A stretch of DNA of 64,000 nucleotides. Origin: Perkinsus chesapeaki ATCC PRA-425. Lineage: Eukaryota > Protista > Perkinsozoa. The position numbers were made by a program, and so were the translations under genes. Under the pieces are notes generated by a model that had not been told where the DNA came from, searched no databases, and saw only the letters and a list, made by a program, of their open reading frames with translations. How positions within the stretch are numbered: position 1 is the first letter of the stretch; each line of letters opens with the position of its first letter. Of this stretch, positions 43,651 through 55,820 are shown one piece after another. The DNA lies in contig JAAPAO010000003.1 of the NCBI GenBank assembly GCA_013115145.1, forward strand, positions 62,001-126,000, given 5' to 3'.

Positions 43651-46600
43651 ATGGGCAAACGCCACTGCACCCGCCGCGCTGCTTCAACAACCGATGCAGT
43701 GCTGCTTGCTGCTGCCTTGATCATTGGAAGGAGCAAAGGAGCTCCGTGCCATGTCTTGTGGCTTCCAGATGATAGCCTGCCTTATTCTGTTACGATATTT
43801 GAGGGGATGAAGAAGTCGTTTCATGAAAAGCTGGTGAGTTCAATTGCCATTCAGGGTTTGACCGAGCTGCTGCAGTGAGTCGCAGGCTTCGCGAAATATT
43901 GTGAAGGTGGTCGGGGACGTTCATATATTTTCAGTTCCCACGTGGACCGACCAAGATGGAGCGCGAAAGGAGCGAGGAATTCGTGAAGGCATGCCCTGCA
44001 TACGATTTCGCCATGTTGCCTCCGCCCCCAGACCAGACAGAATGGTAAACTCAGAGCAGCCTTCGGAAGCGCACAAGGAATCATCATCAGGTTCGAGTTG
44101 GGCAAACCCGAATCCTTGTACAAGGATCCGACTGACAAGAAGCTTGCTCAGTCGATCAAATACGTCATTTATCACATTTGTCAACTTAATACACTCATCC
44201 CACTGGAGAGGATCTTCCTAGCGGGTATCTACAGAGGGGGAGCTGTAGCTATGCAGACTGCGTAAGACAGGTGCATTGCCTTCCATGTGTCATTTTCTTC
44301 ATTCTCTCAGATGGTATTATCCTGGCAAACTCGGTGGGATACTATCTTTCGCTGGATGGATCCCCCTCCGTGGTGGGGCGGGTCATGCTTGGGTAGGGGT
44401 AGGGGGAAGGGATCTCACGCGAACCCCATTCTATGCCCTTCCTGATATATATCTCGAGAGAGTAGACTACTCAGTACCGGATGAAGAATGGCGAGTCACT
44501 ACTCTCGTAAGAGTTCTCAGCCCTAGCCGCGATCATTTAGTGTCTTAGGCATTGGCAGGGTGCCGACAACTGGCATACGTTTCCCAGTGGCACCGGTGTA
44601 GCATACTCGATGTTCCCAACTTTAAACGAATGATGAGCTTGCAACGAAGCAAGAGCAACACGAGCATATCGATTGCGTTCGGCCAGTTAGCCTCTGAGCT
44701 CGTACAACCTCTGTGTGCCGTAATTTGGTTCGATCCCCCGGAGCGGCCGTGGCACAGGGCGAAGCTGAAGAGATCTGTAAGTGTTCCTCAAACTTGACCA
44801 AAGGGAAAAATCGTGGCTGCGATTGCGAATATATCGCGTTCGTTGAACGTTCCCTCCTACGGTCTTGAAAAGCACCCAACTTGGATGGCAATCGTTTGCC
44901 ACCTCCAATGGAGGAATCGGCCCTCTGGTGATTAATACTCACTCGATTTATACTCGAAATAAACACCACCGCAAACTCAAGATGAAACTTGAGGGTCCCA
45001 CGGTGGAGGGAATTACTCCTCCCAACTGATATAATGGGACTCCCACCATACCAGTTGTAGCATACGCTTTGTCAGGTAGAAGCTCTTTCGCAGAAGGGAG
45101 AGTTGTCTCTTATTTGCGGCGAGAATATATTATTAGAGCATGATTTCATAAATCCAAAGGACGGAAAGGCCTTCGCTGACGGGTAAGGCAATTGCAAAGC
45201 TATGGGAGACCTGAAGGCAACCTTGGACATCATAGAGTATCGTTCATATATAGGCTGTGATTCAGATCCGACAAGGCTGAGCTTCATTATCGTTTTCTTG
45301 CGACCTACAGACGTCTGCAAGAACTGAACATACCGCCCCACCGTATTGTACTTGTTGGCAAGGGCGTCGGTGCCACATTAGTGGGGCACATGGCGTAAGA
45401 ACAACAGCTGAGGAAAAGTTCACGCACTCACTTCTATTACAGATTGGAGAATAGAGCATCTATCAAACAGCTGGCTGGTGTTATCCAGGTCAACCCCTCC
45501 GATGTAACTGGGGACCTTGCCTGGTAGTAGCCATTTCAGTTCTCAGGTTCCATCTGCTACAGAACCCGACCGCACCGCTTCCGCTATACCAATGAGGCAA
45601 ATCAAGCAAAGGACGGATTCTGGGTACGACGTTGATGTCACAGCAACGTCGTGACGATGTCGTCGTCGCTCGTTGGCATCCGTCTCCACCGGTTCAGGGT
45701 TGAAGAGGAGGTGCTCGAGCATATGGCTAATCTTCTTTCGAGAGCCCCTCGACGATGTACTGTAGTCCTCTTGGTAAACGATATTCCAGAGCTGATCTCT
45801 TTCGGGTCTTGGAGCCAAGCGGTAAGCCTTAGTTGCTTTCGGACAATATACCTATAAACATTAGCTGGTGTACGCGCTATGACTTAGGTTGAAGCGGGCG
45901 CGAAGAGCCACAGGCTCAATGATAAGTGCAATGATGAAGTTAAGTTCGTTACTATTGTAGAGTCTCTCCTTTGGTAAGTGCTAGCTTGTGCCACAAGCTA
46001 GCGGGCACCCCAGTGCAAGTGCACTTGTGTGTCTCTCTGGCCTTCCTACATTCTTCTCCAGGGTGGACCTGTCCTCTCGCAAATCTGATGTCCTTTCCCA
46101 TGTGTTCCGACTTGCTGATGAGAACCGTCTAATAGTTTTGCTTCCCTACTCCCTGGGAAAGATATACGGGTGAGACCAGCAGTCCCTCTACGCTCGACAG
46201 GCAGCATGTCCATCAGATCTCATCTGTCGGGGAATAATATAGTGAATATAGGCTTTCCTGATATAATAACAACGAAAGCCGATAAAGGGCGTCAAGAAGC
46301 TCAGGTACCTTCTGCGCGTTGGAGTTCTTCTCGCCGACGATTCGAGATTCTCCAGTTCTGCTTCGTTGATGCGTTTATTTCAGGATACATTAACCCATTG
46401 CATTATTCCGTTCGCTCTGAGTTGGGCGTGGAATACCGCGTCTAAAGTAACAAGACCTATATCGAAATGCAGCAGCAGCGGCTGGGAGCTGCTATAAGGT
46501 GTGGTTAGTCGTTTTTACGAGAGTACCACTGAGAATATTAACTGAAGTGTCTTCCTCCTATGCCCATGCCCCCTACATGTTGCAAATGTTGCTTTAGTGA

Positions 46601-48991
46601 TGTTAACCACAGGTGCCAGTTCGTTGTGTTTGGTAAAATCTGTGACACTCGTTATGGTATGTAGGGCGGACCTATACCGTCTCAATCGTTGCTCTCTCTC
46701 ACGTTTAGCTTTCAATGTTTGGGTCTACAAAAGGGTGCATAGCGATCTCGAGCATGACGCTCGGCTTCAGCCGGTTTGGAGCGTCTGCTTGCAAGGTCTT
46801 CTGGTTGTATGAAGCCAGCGATCGCGATGCGGCCAAGGAACACTTCGGTGCTTCCAAGGAGGCATTTGATGTATGCTATAGCAGCATACAATAGGCAATT
46901 AGATTTGTTACTTCCAGGAGGTTGTGAGAACAGCAAGTGCTGCCGGTGAGCTCGAACGGAATTGCGGCAGGGCGAAGTTCTCCATGCTGTTCCCTCCCGA
47001 AGGCCAAGCTGACTGGTACGCCTCGGGTCTTCTATGATATACAGAAAGTTGCGATAGGTTCGACTCCTCCGCATCTTCGGTGCTTGTGGACCCACTATTT
47101 AGCACCTCGCTCAACTTCTTGAGCGGTATTGTCAACACGGTTGCCGCGCACAGCCCTACCGAGTCAGTGTTCCTGGTCGGCTATGGGTCCTCCGCTGCCA
47201 TGGCGGCCCACTTCGCGTGAGCATTAGGCTTTCGACGGCCCCTTCTGTATCACCACCTGTGCGCTTTCAGAAGTCTGTATCCTCTGAGACTTGGTGGCAT
47301 TATGGCGGATAATCCACAACCACCTATTGAGAAATCCAGTATGTCAGCTAAGGTGACAAACAGCAGGTTGGGGTCCCCTGTGCGGATTTACTCACGGACT
47401 GGAAAGCGGCAAGCAAGAAGGGTGAGTGATGTTGCAGCTTGTCCAAGTCTATGATAGCTATACTGACATAAACTATCAGGCCGGGGAAGCTATGGTTGAT
47501 ATTCAGGAAGGTGTTGATCTCTTAACCGACCTGCTGCTCCTCATGATCCGTCCTCTCTGCGCTGTTATTTGGGTGCTGCCAGACACGCATGAAGCAAGCG
47601 AAGTTCCGCTGGGAACTTCCACTGTGAGATTATCAGAGGCTGCGGGCCATATAACTGGCCTTCGGGAAGGCCAGCAGGACGACCTTATCGATACCAGCAA
47701 GTTCAGCCAGCACTGTGGCCAAGGTGTCGCCTATAGGAATGTCCAATTCCCGGCGTTGGCCTTGGAACAGATGGAGTACTTCAAAGGGCTTCTGTCTCCT
47801 CATCCACCTGCTAATGGCCGTCTCAGAAACGGAAAAGTCCCTGAGAGCACCTGTGAGCTGTGGTACGAGCTGATCATCCATTTATCCGAACATCGAGTAC
47901 TTCCACAGCATATCGTCCTTGGTGGCAGCCATGGAGCGGCAAACGCCATAGAGCAGTGCATGTGGGCCGAGGAGCTCATCCGGATGATACAGCTCTGTCA
48001 ACGTAGATACACCACTATCCATCAGCTCGGAAGTTTGGGAGGTATAATCAAATTGGCGGACGAGAATGCCGAGGTGAAGAGTGGAAAGTTGGGGGCGGCG
48101 GCGGCGGAGGATATCCTATCGTTTGTTAGTACGCCACCACAGCAAGGCTTCATCGTCGCCAAGAACTGCCCACGGAAACCATAGAGGTCACTATCTGGTC
48201 TCGGACTGAAGTGTCGCCACCATCACCAGCGCGAGCCATATTCGTTCATATGGATTGCTGTGCCTTCAGATGCATCTCAAAAGTCAGGAATTGCGCGAGA
48301 AACTAGCAGCAACTTTTGTGAAGTTCCTTACTGCCCCTCCGAGGCAATGCTCAGCTATCTTGCTCGTAAAAGACGCCTTCGAGGCCCACATGTTGGACTC
48401 TTGGGGGGATCAGGTGAGGCCGCGAGTGTTGATCGGACTATGTTTCAATGCCATCAGGCCAAGGAAATAGCAAAGAGAAAGAGCCTGGTGTTAAATCCGA
48501 TGTGCAACGGACGAGTGGAGTTTGTGACGATCATCTTGCCTTTAGTGGAGTAAGAGTATCACTTTTTCGTATATGGCCACTGGAACTCTTAAAGTTGTCG
48601 AGTGGCCATATACTTATTCTCACATCCAACCCGCCCTGCCCCAGGACAATTGGCGTACTTCGCCGGTTAATCGAAGTCCACTCTCCACCAGACTCAACAT
48701 TCATATTCATTCGTAGCTCGGAAGAAGATACTTCTGTCAAGCAACGGTGAGCGCTCTCCACTCTTTCAGCGCTGGCCTCATCCGCGCCTCAGGTTTGCGC
48801 TACGTTCTCAAGGGTATCACGTCATACCGCTCGCTGCAATGCCACCCGACGGCGACTTAGCTCCAGCTGTGAGAATGAACTTGCTCTCTTTTGCCATTCT
48901 TTTTCCTCAGATACGCGCTCATTTGGAACTGGTAGCCAACTCTGCCGCGGCTGCCCTCTGGACTCGGCTGGTCCGTGCGCTAGGCAAATGA
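43651..48991 (+). CDS. Predicted secreted protein with ~6 tandem degenerate phospholipase/carboxylesterase (APT1-like alpha/beta-hydrolase) domains
   Basis: Signal-like AVLLAAALIIGRSKG. Elbow-like motifs RIFLAGIYRGG (44208), RIVLVGKGVGA (45342), NVALVMLTTGA (~46585), SVFLVGYGSSA (47164), HIVLGGSHGAA (47909) and TFIFIRSSEE (~48697). Five of the six are followed by a LGGI/LAGV/KGCI-type strand. Repeated starts PCHVLWLP, PLCAVIWFDP, PLCAVIWVLP and QCSAILLV. Confidence 0.7.
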
Positions 48992-49557
48992 AACCATGAT
49001 GTTGTTATTTGTCGATACCAGCCTTGATGTTCAAAAGTACTTGCTTGTCAGTCCATCTTCAATTCAACTACGGTTTTGGTCGTGTGGACCGCGCTCGGCT
49101 TTCTCACGCTTTCTATCCCTGAAACTTCATAATGCGAGAAAACGCCTCTACCGTAGGCTCTACGGTTTCTACGCGCACCCCAACTTCGGCTTGAATGAAC
49201 ACAGCGGAACTATTCGAAAAAATCCTTCTGTAAAATATCAGGATGAAAAAGTCCAACAAGTCCTAGCTTGATCCTAGCTTTGGCGTTGACAGAGCTAACT
49301 CTCCGAAATTCCCCATTTTTACGAAAAAAGTTCTCCGAATTTTATACCACTTACTACTACTGAGGCGTATTACGATTATATTTTGAAACGTTGCGCTATC
49401 GTGGTAGTTTAGCAGAACACCGTATTGGTTATCTTTCGGCGATGTAGCCCTCAAGCAGAGGGCTTCAGCGCTCTTCTTGCTGAGTGGTTAGCAGAGAGAG
49501 AGGAAGAATGCAATTTCGCCTTTATTTCCGTCGATTTTCTTTTCGAAGTATTGTTCA

Positions 49558-51573
49558 ATGCAGCCCAGTCTCCCTCTCCAGCAGCAGCTCCTCCCTAGAA
49601 CCGAGTCCCACAAGCACGCCCATCCTCGGTGGCCATGGGTCTTGGTCACGTGCTTAGCTTTCTTGTGCTCCTTTGGGAGCGTGTGGATATATTTCTCGCA
49701 CCGCGGAGGTGAGATACTACTCTTTTTCTCCTGTGCACTGTGTAACAGACGGACTCCATTTTCCATTAGCTCTCTAATTCCGCGTGCGCAGGTAGAAGCA
49801 CTGTGGAAGGCGAATTCAAGATGGGCGGTTCCGTCAATCTCCTGTCTGAGGAATTCTGGACCCGTCTGGAGTATGGTGGCAACCATCTTCTTATCAAGGA
49901 GCCCAATATCTGCGACCCCACTGTCAAGCAGTACAGCGGCTACTTCACAGTCAATGCAACAAACGACAGAAAGTAAGAGCGTGCCTCTCTTCCTGGGTGC
50001 TGACGCTCAATAGGTATTTCTTCTGGTTTTTCGAGGCGAGGAATTCGCCGTCAACATCACCCACAACACTCTGGTTGAGCGGTGGTCCAGGAGCAAGTTC
50101 TATTCTGGGCTTGTTAATGGAGAATGGTCCATGCGGCGTTCTCGATGATGGTGTGACCACCCAGTTCAATGATGATGGATGGAACCATGCCTCTAACATG
50201 GTCTGGCTCGATCAGCCTGCTGGCACAGGCTACTCTATGGGCAAGCATGAACACAGTCTGGCTGAAGTGAGGGATGACCTCTACAGCTTCATACAGGCAT
50301 TTTTCCACCACTTTCCCCAATACAATAGAGACTTCCATATTACCGGAGAGTCATTCGCTGGGCACTACATACCAGCGATTGCGGACAAGATAGTGAAGGA
50401 AAATGAGAACATTCGTCAGAGTAAGTCCCATCACCAAATGAGGTGCAGTCGTCCGTGAGACTGCCACTAAGCGAACGTGCTCAGGAAACGAATCAACACT
50501 GCATACGTTTGTTGATTTGCGCGGTATGGCCATCGGGAACGGGGACACGGACACGCCACATTCAGCGCAATATATGGCCCAGATGGTGAGTTGTGCGACA
50601 TTTATCTGTAAAAGAGCTTCGCAGGATGCTGGTTGGTTCTTAGGCGTTTGCCGCTGGGGTTGTGAATCGCACTGTTTTTGATAAGATGATCGCATCCGTA
50701 CCATCTACAACCGAACTCATGCTGCGTTGTGCTGAAATCCTCGACAAAGTAGTGCTGAACTCGAGCACTCTAATGGCGGTATTCGTTCCGTCAGCTGAAG
50801 GAACCAGTTGACTTATCCGCTATACCGCAGGCTTGCTGGGACGCTAATATGGCGTACATGGTCAATATAATGCTACCTGTGCAGTCAACTGGGAGAAACA
50901 TGTACCAATTGGCATCATATTTCCTGCGATATGTGGCTCGATTCAGATACGATCTCCGACTGAATGGTACCTACAACCTGAGCCGCTACACTTCGTTTTT
51001 GAACACCCCAGAAATCATGAAGGCTCTCGGGGCTTTGAAGAATTGGACCACGATAAATGTGGGAGTAAGAAATATCACATATTTTCAACTGTACACTTGG
51101 GAAGTATTTCTCATTTTCTTCCATCTTTATTTTCACAACATCACATCCGCCCGATCGCTTCAATCAGGTAACTCTCGACTTGTACTTCGATGATGCTTAT
51201 CGTATTTATAACCCCGAGGTTGAGCGTGTTCTGGATTCTGGAATCAAAGTGCTTATATATGCGGGAGATCAAGATTACATTTGTAACTGGCTCGTTGGTG
51301 ATGCCTGGACGAAAAGACTACAGTGGCGTGGAGCCAATGATTTCGCTCGTGAAGATCTTCAGCCGTATACCATACGTAAGATCTTATCCCTTCGGCAAGC
51401 ATGGAGTGCAAATCTGTTCAGATAATGATGCAATCGGTGAGATCCGTCGTAAAAACAATTTGGCGTTCATTCGCGTATACAACGCTGGGCATATGGTACC
51501 TCATGATCAACCGAGGGCAAGCCTACTTATGATTGAGAATTTCTTGTCTGGTGATATGTTTGCCTCGTCTTAA
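49558..51573 (+). CDS. Serine carboxypeptidase (peptidase S10, CPY-like) with N-terminal TM/signal anchor
   Basis: KQYSGYF, YFFWFFEAR, LWLSGGPGASS, DQPAGTGYS, GESFAGHYIP, AIGNG, LIYAGDQDYICNW and NAGHMVPHDQP. Confidence 0.95.
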
Positions 51574-51691
51574 GTCGTTTGGATCTATCAGTGTGGTGTT
51601 GTCACCTACCCTAACATTAATGCACTATAACTCCTTGACCCCCATGGCTACAGCTACACCTGTTGTCACATCATCATCACAATCATTAACA

Positions 51692-52591
51692 TCACATCGC
51701 ATACGTGACAGTAACAGTAATACCTTCAAAGTCAGTGCCATTAATGCGATCTCCGAATCTTTTCCCGATTTCCTTGAGAACGTTCGCATAGTCTTGTCCA
51801 TCGACTGCAGCCCGTTTAACTCGACCGTCTTCTATAGCCTCCAAAAAACGCGTCTGTTTCTCTGCGTGAAGCTGACAAACTCCGTCTAGAAGAGCATGCG
51901 CCAATGCTTCGTCGCTCTGTTGTTCACCCTTCGGGAGTTTGTCTTCTTCACATATCCAGTTCCACAAGCCGTCCATAGCATCGATGCACTCATGAGGATC
52001 ACCCGGGTTGGCATCACCCTTGTAGAGCTTTTTTCCAGGTTGCTTGCCAGTAAGAGGATCGAGGAGGAAGACCCCGTTGTCCTTGTCAGACTTATATGAT
52101 AAGATCTGATATTTCGTCCTCACTCTTCGACGTTTTAGAAGCCCGGTCAATCTATAATGGCTAAAAAGGTAATCAATGGATGATCGATGGTTCTGGATAC
52201 CAAAAGGAGAAGGCTTACTAGTTGTAGAAGTAGTCATCACATTCTATGCCTTCAGTGGAGATATACCCACCGTCGAGCTTGAAATCGAAGACTCTTCCTC
52301 GTTGAACCACCCTACTGCTCTTCGGTTCGCCTTCCTTCCACGCCTCGTAAGGGATCTCAAACTTACAGACATTCCTCTCACGCTTGTTGGGTATGCTCTG
52401 AGAAACTCGTAATCAGATTGTAGGTATACAACGATCACCAAAAGCTGAGTTGCACTCACCGCAAAGTATGGCGCGGGCCTGGCACACGAACCAGCCACTC
52501 CCTGGGCAACTCTTCTGAGCGTTCTGTGAACTGCTGCACGTACGTGAACTGATAACACCAAGACGACGGCGGCAATTGGACGATTCAACAT
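51692..52591 (-). CDS. Hypothetical 3-exon protein with N-terminal targeting-like leader
   Basis: MLNRPIAAVVLVLSVHVRAAVHRTLRRVAQGVAGSCARPAPYFA, then two GT-AG introns splicing in frame into ORF 51692-52240. Confidence 0.6.
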
Positions 52592-52744
52592 GTTTTAATA
52601 TGTTCGTGCCAGGAGAACGGTCCGGTATGATCAGCATTGCCAGAGGTGAGATTGACAAACGCAACCAGCCACTGTGTGAATTCAGCAAGCGAAACGCATC
52701 GCGGGCTGTCGTTAAAAACGGTCGTGCATTAGTCATAATGATAT

Positions 52745-53834
52745 CTACTCATCATCAAGCTTTGGAGCCAAGAAGTAACGGACGAATCCTTTCTCGGGCG
52801 AGTCAGCTACACAGTAGTCAATCTAAATCAATAAGAACATATCACTTAACGGTACGCGAAACACTCACCATAAGGGGCGTGTCAGCAGAGAGACGAAGCG
52901 TGACTTCATCACTGAGAGCGCATGCCTTATTAGTGAACATGAGCAGGTAACGGAGTGAGAAGCACAGATTCTCGACAGCTTCCTTGCAATGAGTGATCTG
53001 TAATACAGCAAGCCAAAATGATATACGAACTGGCGCAGAACCAAGGTACCTCGACGTCGTGCTCCAGCTTAATTGATGATGATTTCACGTGGCCATCACC
53101 TGCAGTGGAAATGAACGTTGCAGCATACTGTAAGTGTCACATTTCATGGAGAATTTGACAGAGTTCTTATCGCAATCGATTCTCAGGTTCTCGCCACCGC
53201 AGTCTTTCAAGTCGCGGCAAATCTTAGCGAACTGAGCGCACTTCATCTTGATTTCACAGGCGTATCTGTAAATCACAACATGTCATCCAAGACAAGAAAA
53301 GCACTTACTCGCAATCAGGGACACCCAGCTGCTCGCTCTCGATATCCATTAAATTCATATCGCACTCAACCGCTCTTCCCTCGCCGGCAGAAGTGATGGT
53401 TAGAGTATCGCAATCCTGACAGAAGCATGATGGAGGCAACATATAGACGATATGTTACCTCCTCCTTCTTCAAGGATAGGGAGTCGTCATCGCGGCAAAG
53501 CTTGAGCAGCTTGGTCATGGCTTCGAAGTTGATGCCAACGCAGCATCTGCACAGGTCACTAAGCTGCCAAAAGAGGGTCTTAAATAAGTTACTCTCTATC
53601 GCATCTAAATTCGTCAAATGCGCTCTCCTTGAGCTCCATCTGCACCAAGGCCACGTGAGTAGTATCCATGGTCTGAACTCTGATGCCTAAAAGACGGAAG
53701 TTCTGTGAAGAGGCTCTGCGTGCGATGAAAGTACCCTCATCGCTCAGGTCAAAGTTGCCCTCTTTAACAATGTCGAGCACGGCAGCCACGACCTTCTTGA
53801 AGAGAACAGTCTGCTCAAGCTTGCATTCGAACAT
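52745..53834 (-). CDS. PCNA: Proliferating cell nuclear antigen
   Basis: MFECKLEQTVLFKKVV, QTMDTTHVALV, FDEFRCDRE, FAKICRDL, LSDEVTLRLSADTPLM and RYFLAPKLDDE*. Confidence 0.95.
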
Positions 53835-53939
53835 GATTTAGGTGGGACACGGATACAACAATCGTATCTTACTTCGCGCGATGACCCTTAACAGTTTTTC
53901 CGCCGAAATTGCGTACGCCGATGCAATCGATACTGATGA

Positions 53940-54010
53940 GTTCTATCGGGGGTTTGAACCCACGCCTCTTGGATCCAAAGATTGACGCTTATCCATCCGG
54001 CTATTTGGGA
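53940..54010 (-). other. Degenerate tRNA-like sequence (Pol III A/B boxes) in the PCNA/eIF2-beta divergent spacer
   Basis: TAGCCGGATGG (A-box-like) and GGTTCAAACCC (B-box-like) at tRNA spacing with CTTTGGA between; acceptor and anticodon stems do not pair. Confidence 0.45.
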
Positions 54011-54116
54011 AGAATCCGACGCGATGTAGAAAGCAGGGTAGCTATTTTGGGCGATTTGATCGATTTGGACTAGCGAGATTCCATGTGGGTCATTAAAGCA
54101 GGCATCTTCCATCAAT

Positions 54117-54848
54117 ATGGCTGACGTTGAACAGCAATTAGAAGCTGAGCACTTCGACTTCGGTAAGAAGAAGAAGTCCAGTAAAGAGAAAAAGGCGAAG
54201 AAAGAGAAGAAGTCTAAGAGTTCTCATGAGGGAGAGGTAATTTTCCACGTACTTGGCTCGTGTTGTCCTACTATATTATTGCGAGGCGTTTCTACATTAT
54301 ATCTAGCTCTCTGGCTATCTATTTATTCTTGTTAGGATGCTACCTTCGAAAGAGGAGTTGTCTATCCCTACGAGCAGCTCTTGGCTCGAGTTCACGAGAT
54401 GATCAACGAGAAGAATCCTGCCCTTGGTGGTAACAAGCGGGCAATGAGATTGCCTCCTCCGAAGATCGAACGTGTTGGCTCCAAGCGTGTCTCCTTTGTC
54501 AACTTCGGCGAGATCTGTGCAAGAATGAACAGGTCGAAGGAGCATGTGTTGCAGTTCTTCCTCTCCGAGCTTGGTACTACTGGCTCTCTTGCTGCCGACG
54601 GTCAGCTCGTCCTCAAAGGACGGTATATGGCGAAACACATTGAATCATTGCTACGGAAGTATATGAACGCCTATGTTATCTGCCCGATGTGTAAATCTCT
54701 GAACACTGAGTTCGTGCGTGATCCAGCCACACGTTTATATGGCATGAAATGTAACAATTGTGGTGCATCAAGAACGGTGCACGCTATCAAGTCCGGTTTC
54801 CATGCAACGACTCGCGCTGACCGAAAGGCCGCGAAGCTTGCTAAGTAG
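54117..54848 (+). CDS. EIF2S2: Translation initiation factor eIF2 beta subunit
   Basis: DFGKKKK lysine box, YPYEQLLARV, RVGSKRVSFVNF, FFLSELGTTGS, C-x2-C...C-x2-C zinc finger and IKSGFHA; one intron. Confidence 0.97.
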
Positions 54849-55820
54849 TAGTTGACCACTGCTACTGTATCTTGTCCACTTTAGTATCTCTGTTTGGTAG
54901 ACGGCACGGGAAGCACGGCTATGGGGAATCTCTTGAGCATTGCGTCTCCTTACCCCAGGGAAAGTCCTCGTGCAAGTAGTAGAAAGTACTGCCAGTAGAC
55001 TGGTTACCTCTGGTCATGCCACTCTCGTGTGACTGGGGCTGTTGCAGCAGCAAAGTTATGCCGTGGGTTGTGCTTTAGCACAGCTAACAGAATGAGGCTT
55101 ACTCTCCCGATGTCGTTCATCTACCAGCAGTTATACTTCAGTGTGACAAGGAAACCACTGTAGTATTTGCATACATTTTCCTCGATGGTTGATGTTTTGC
55201 GTTAACTAGTTTAATGTAACGTGAAGTCGGCGATTTCGTATGTTTATTGGTTTACTCGAATTGATAGCCAATCTCCAGTGTAACGTTCCCAGTGTAGAAG
55301 TATTATCTCGCATCACATGTGGTCATTGCTCTCTACAACATTTCTAGACCTATTTCGATAAAGCCGAGACCAAACTGCTAAAACGCTAGAGCGATTAAAT
55401 ATATCCCAAGACCAATTTAGTAGGGATAGACGCAAGTACCTTGTGAGCCAGGAAACCAAATTTTAGGGCCGAACTTTAGCCCACGTGAAGTGAACGATAT
55501 TTACTATGTAGTATTCATAGCATGGTAACATGTGTCCTATGATCATGCGCCTTGGCTGAGGCGCGCTAGGACAGGAATCGTGGAGCATGATTTTAGGCGA
55601 TCAATACGATTAAGCGGCATATCAACCACATTGATTTGGGGTTTCACTAAAATGGACCCTAACTCTAACTTTCCGGAAGTGGTGTAAATAATCCGGAAGG
55701 TTTTGCAAGTGTCCTGTTGCATGGGCGTCAGATTTGTAGATGTCACGCATATAGGGTCACTCTTAGGGTCACTCGCATCAACCAAAGACTGGCTATTTTG
55801 TGAACACCAATATGACACAC

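Noticed and set aside
47050-47075. GGTTCGACTCC, tRNA T-loop-like
   Set aside because: No 5-bp T stem or A box, and it lies in a coding exon of the hydrolase-repeat gene.
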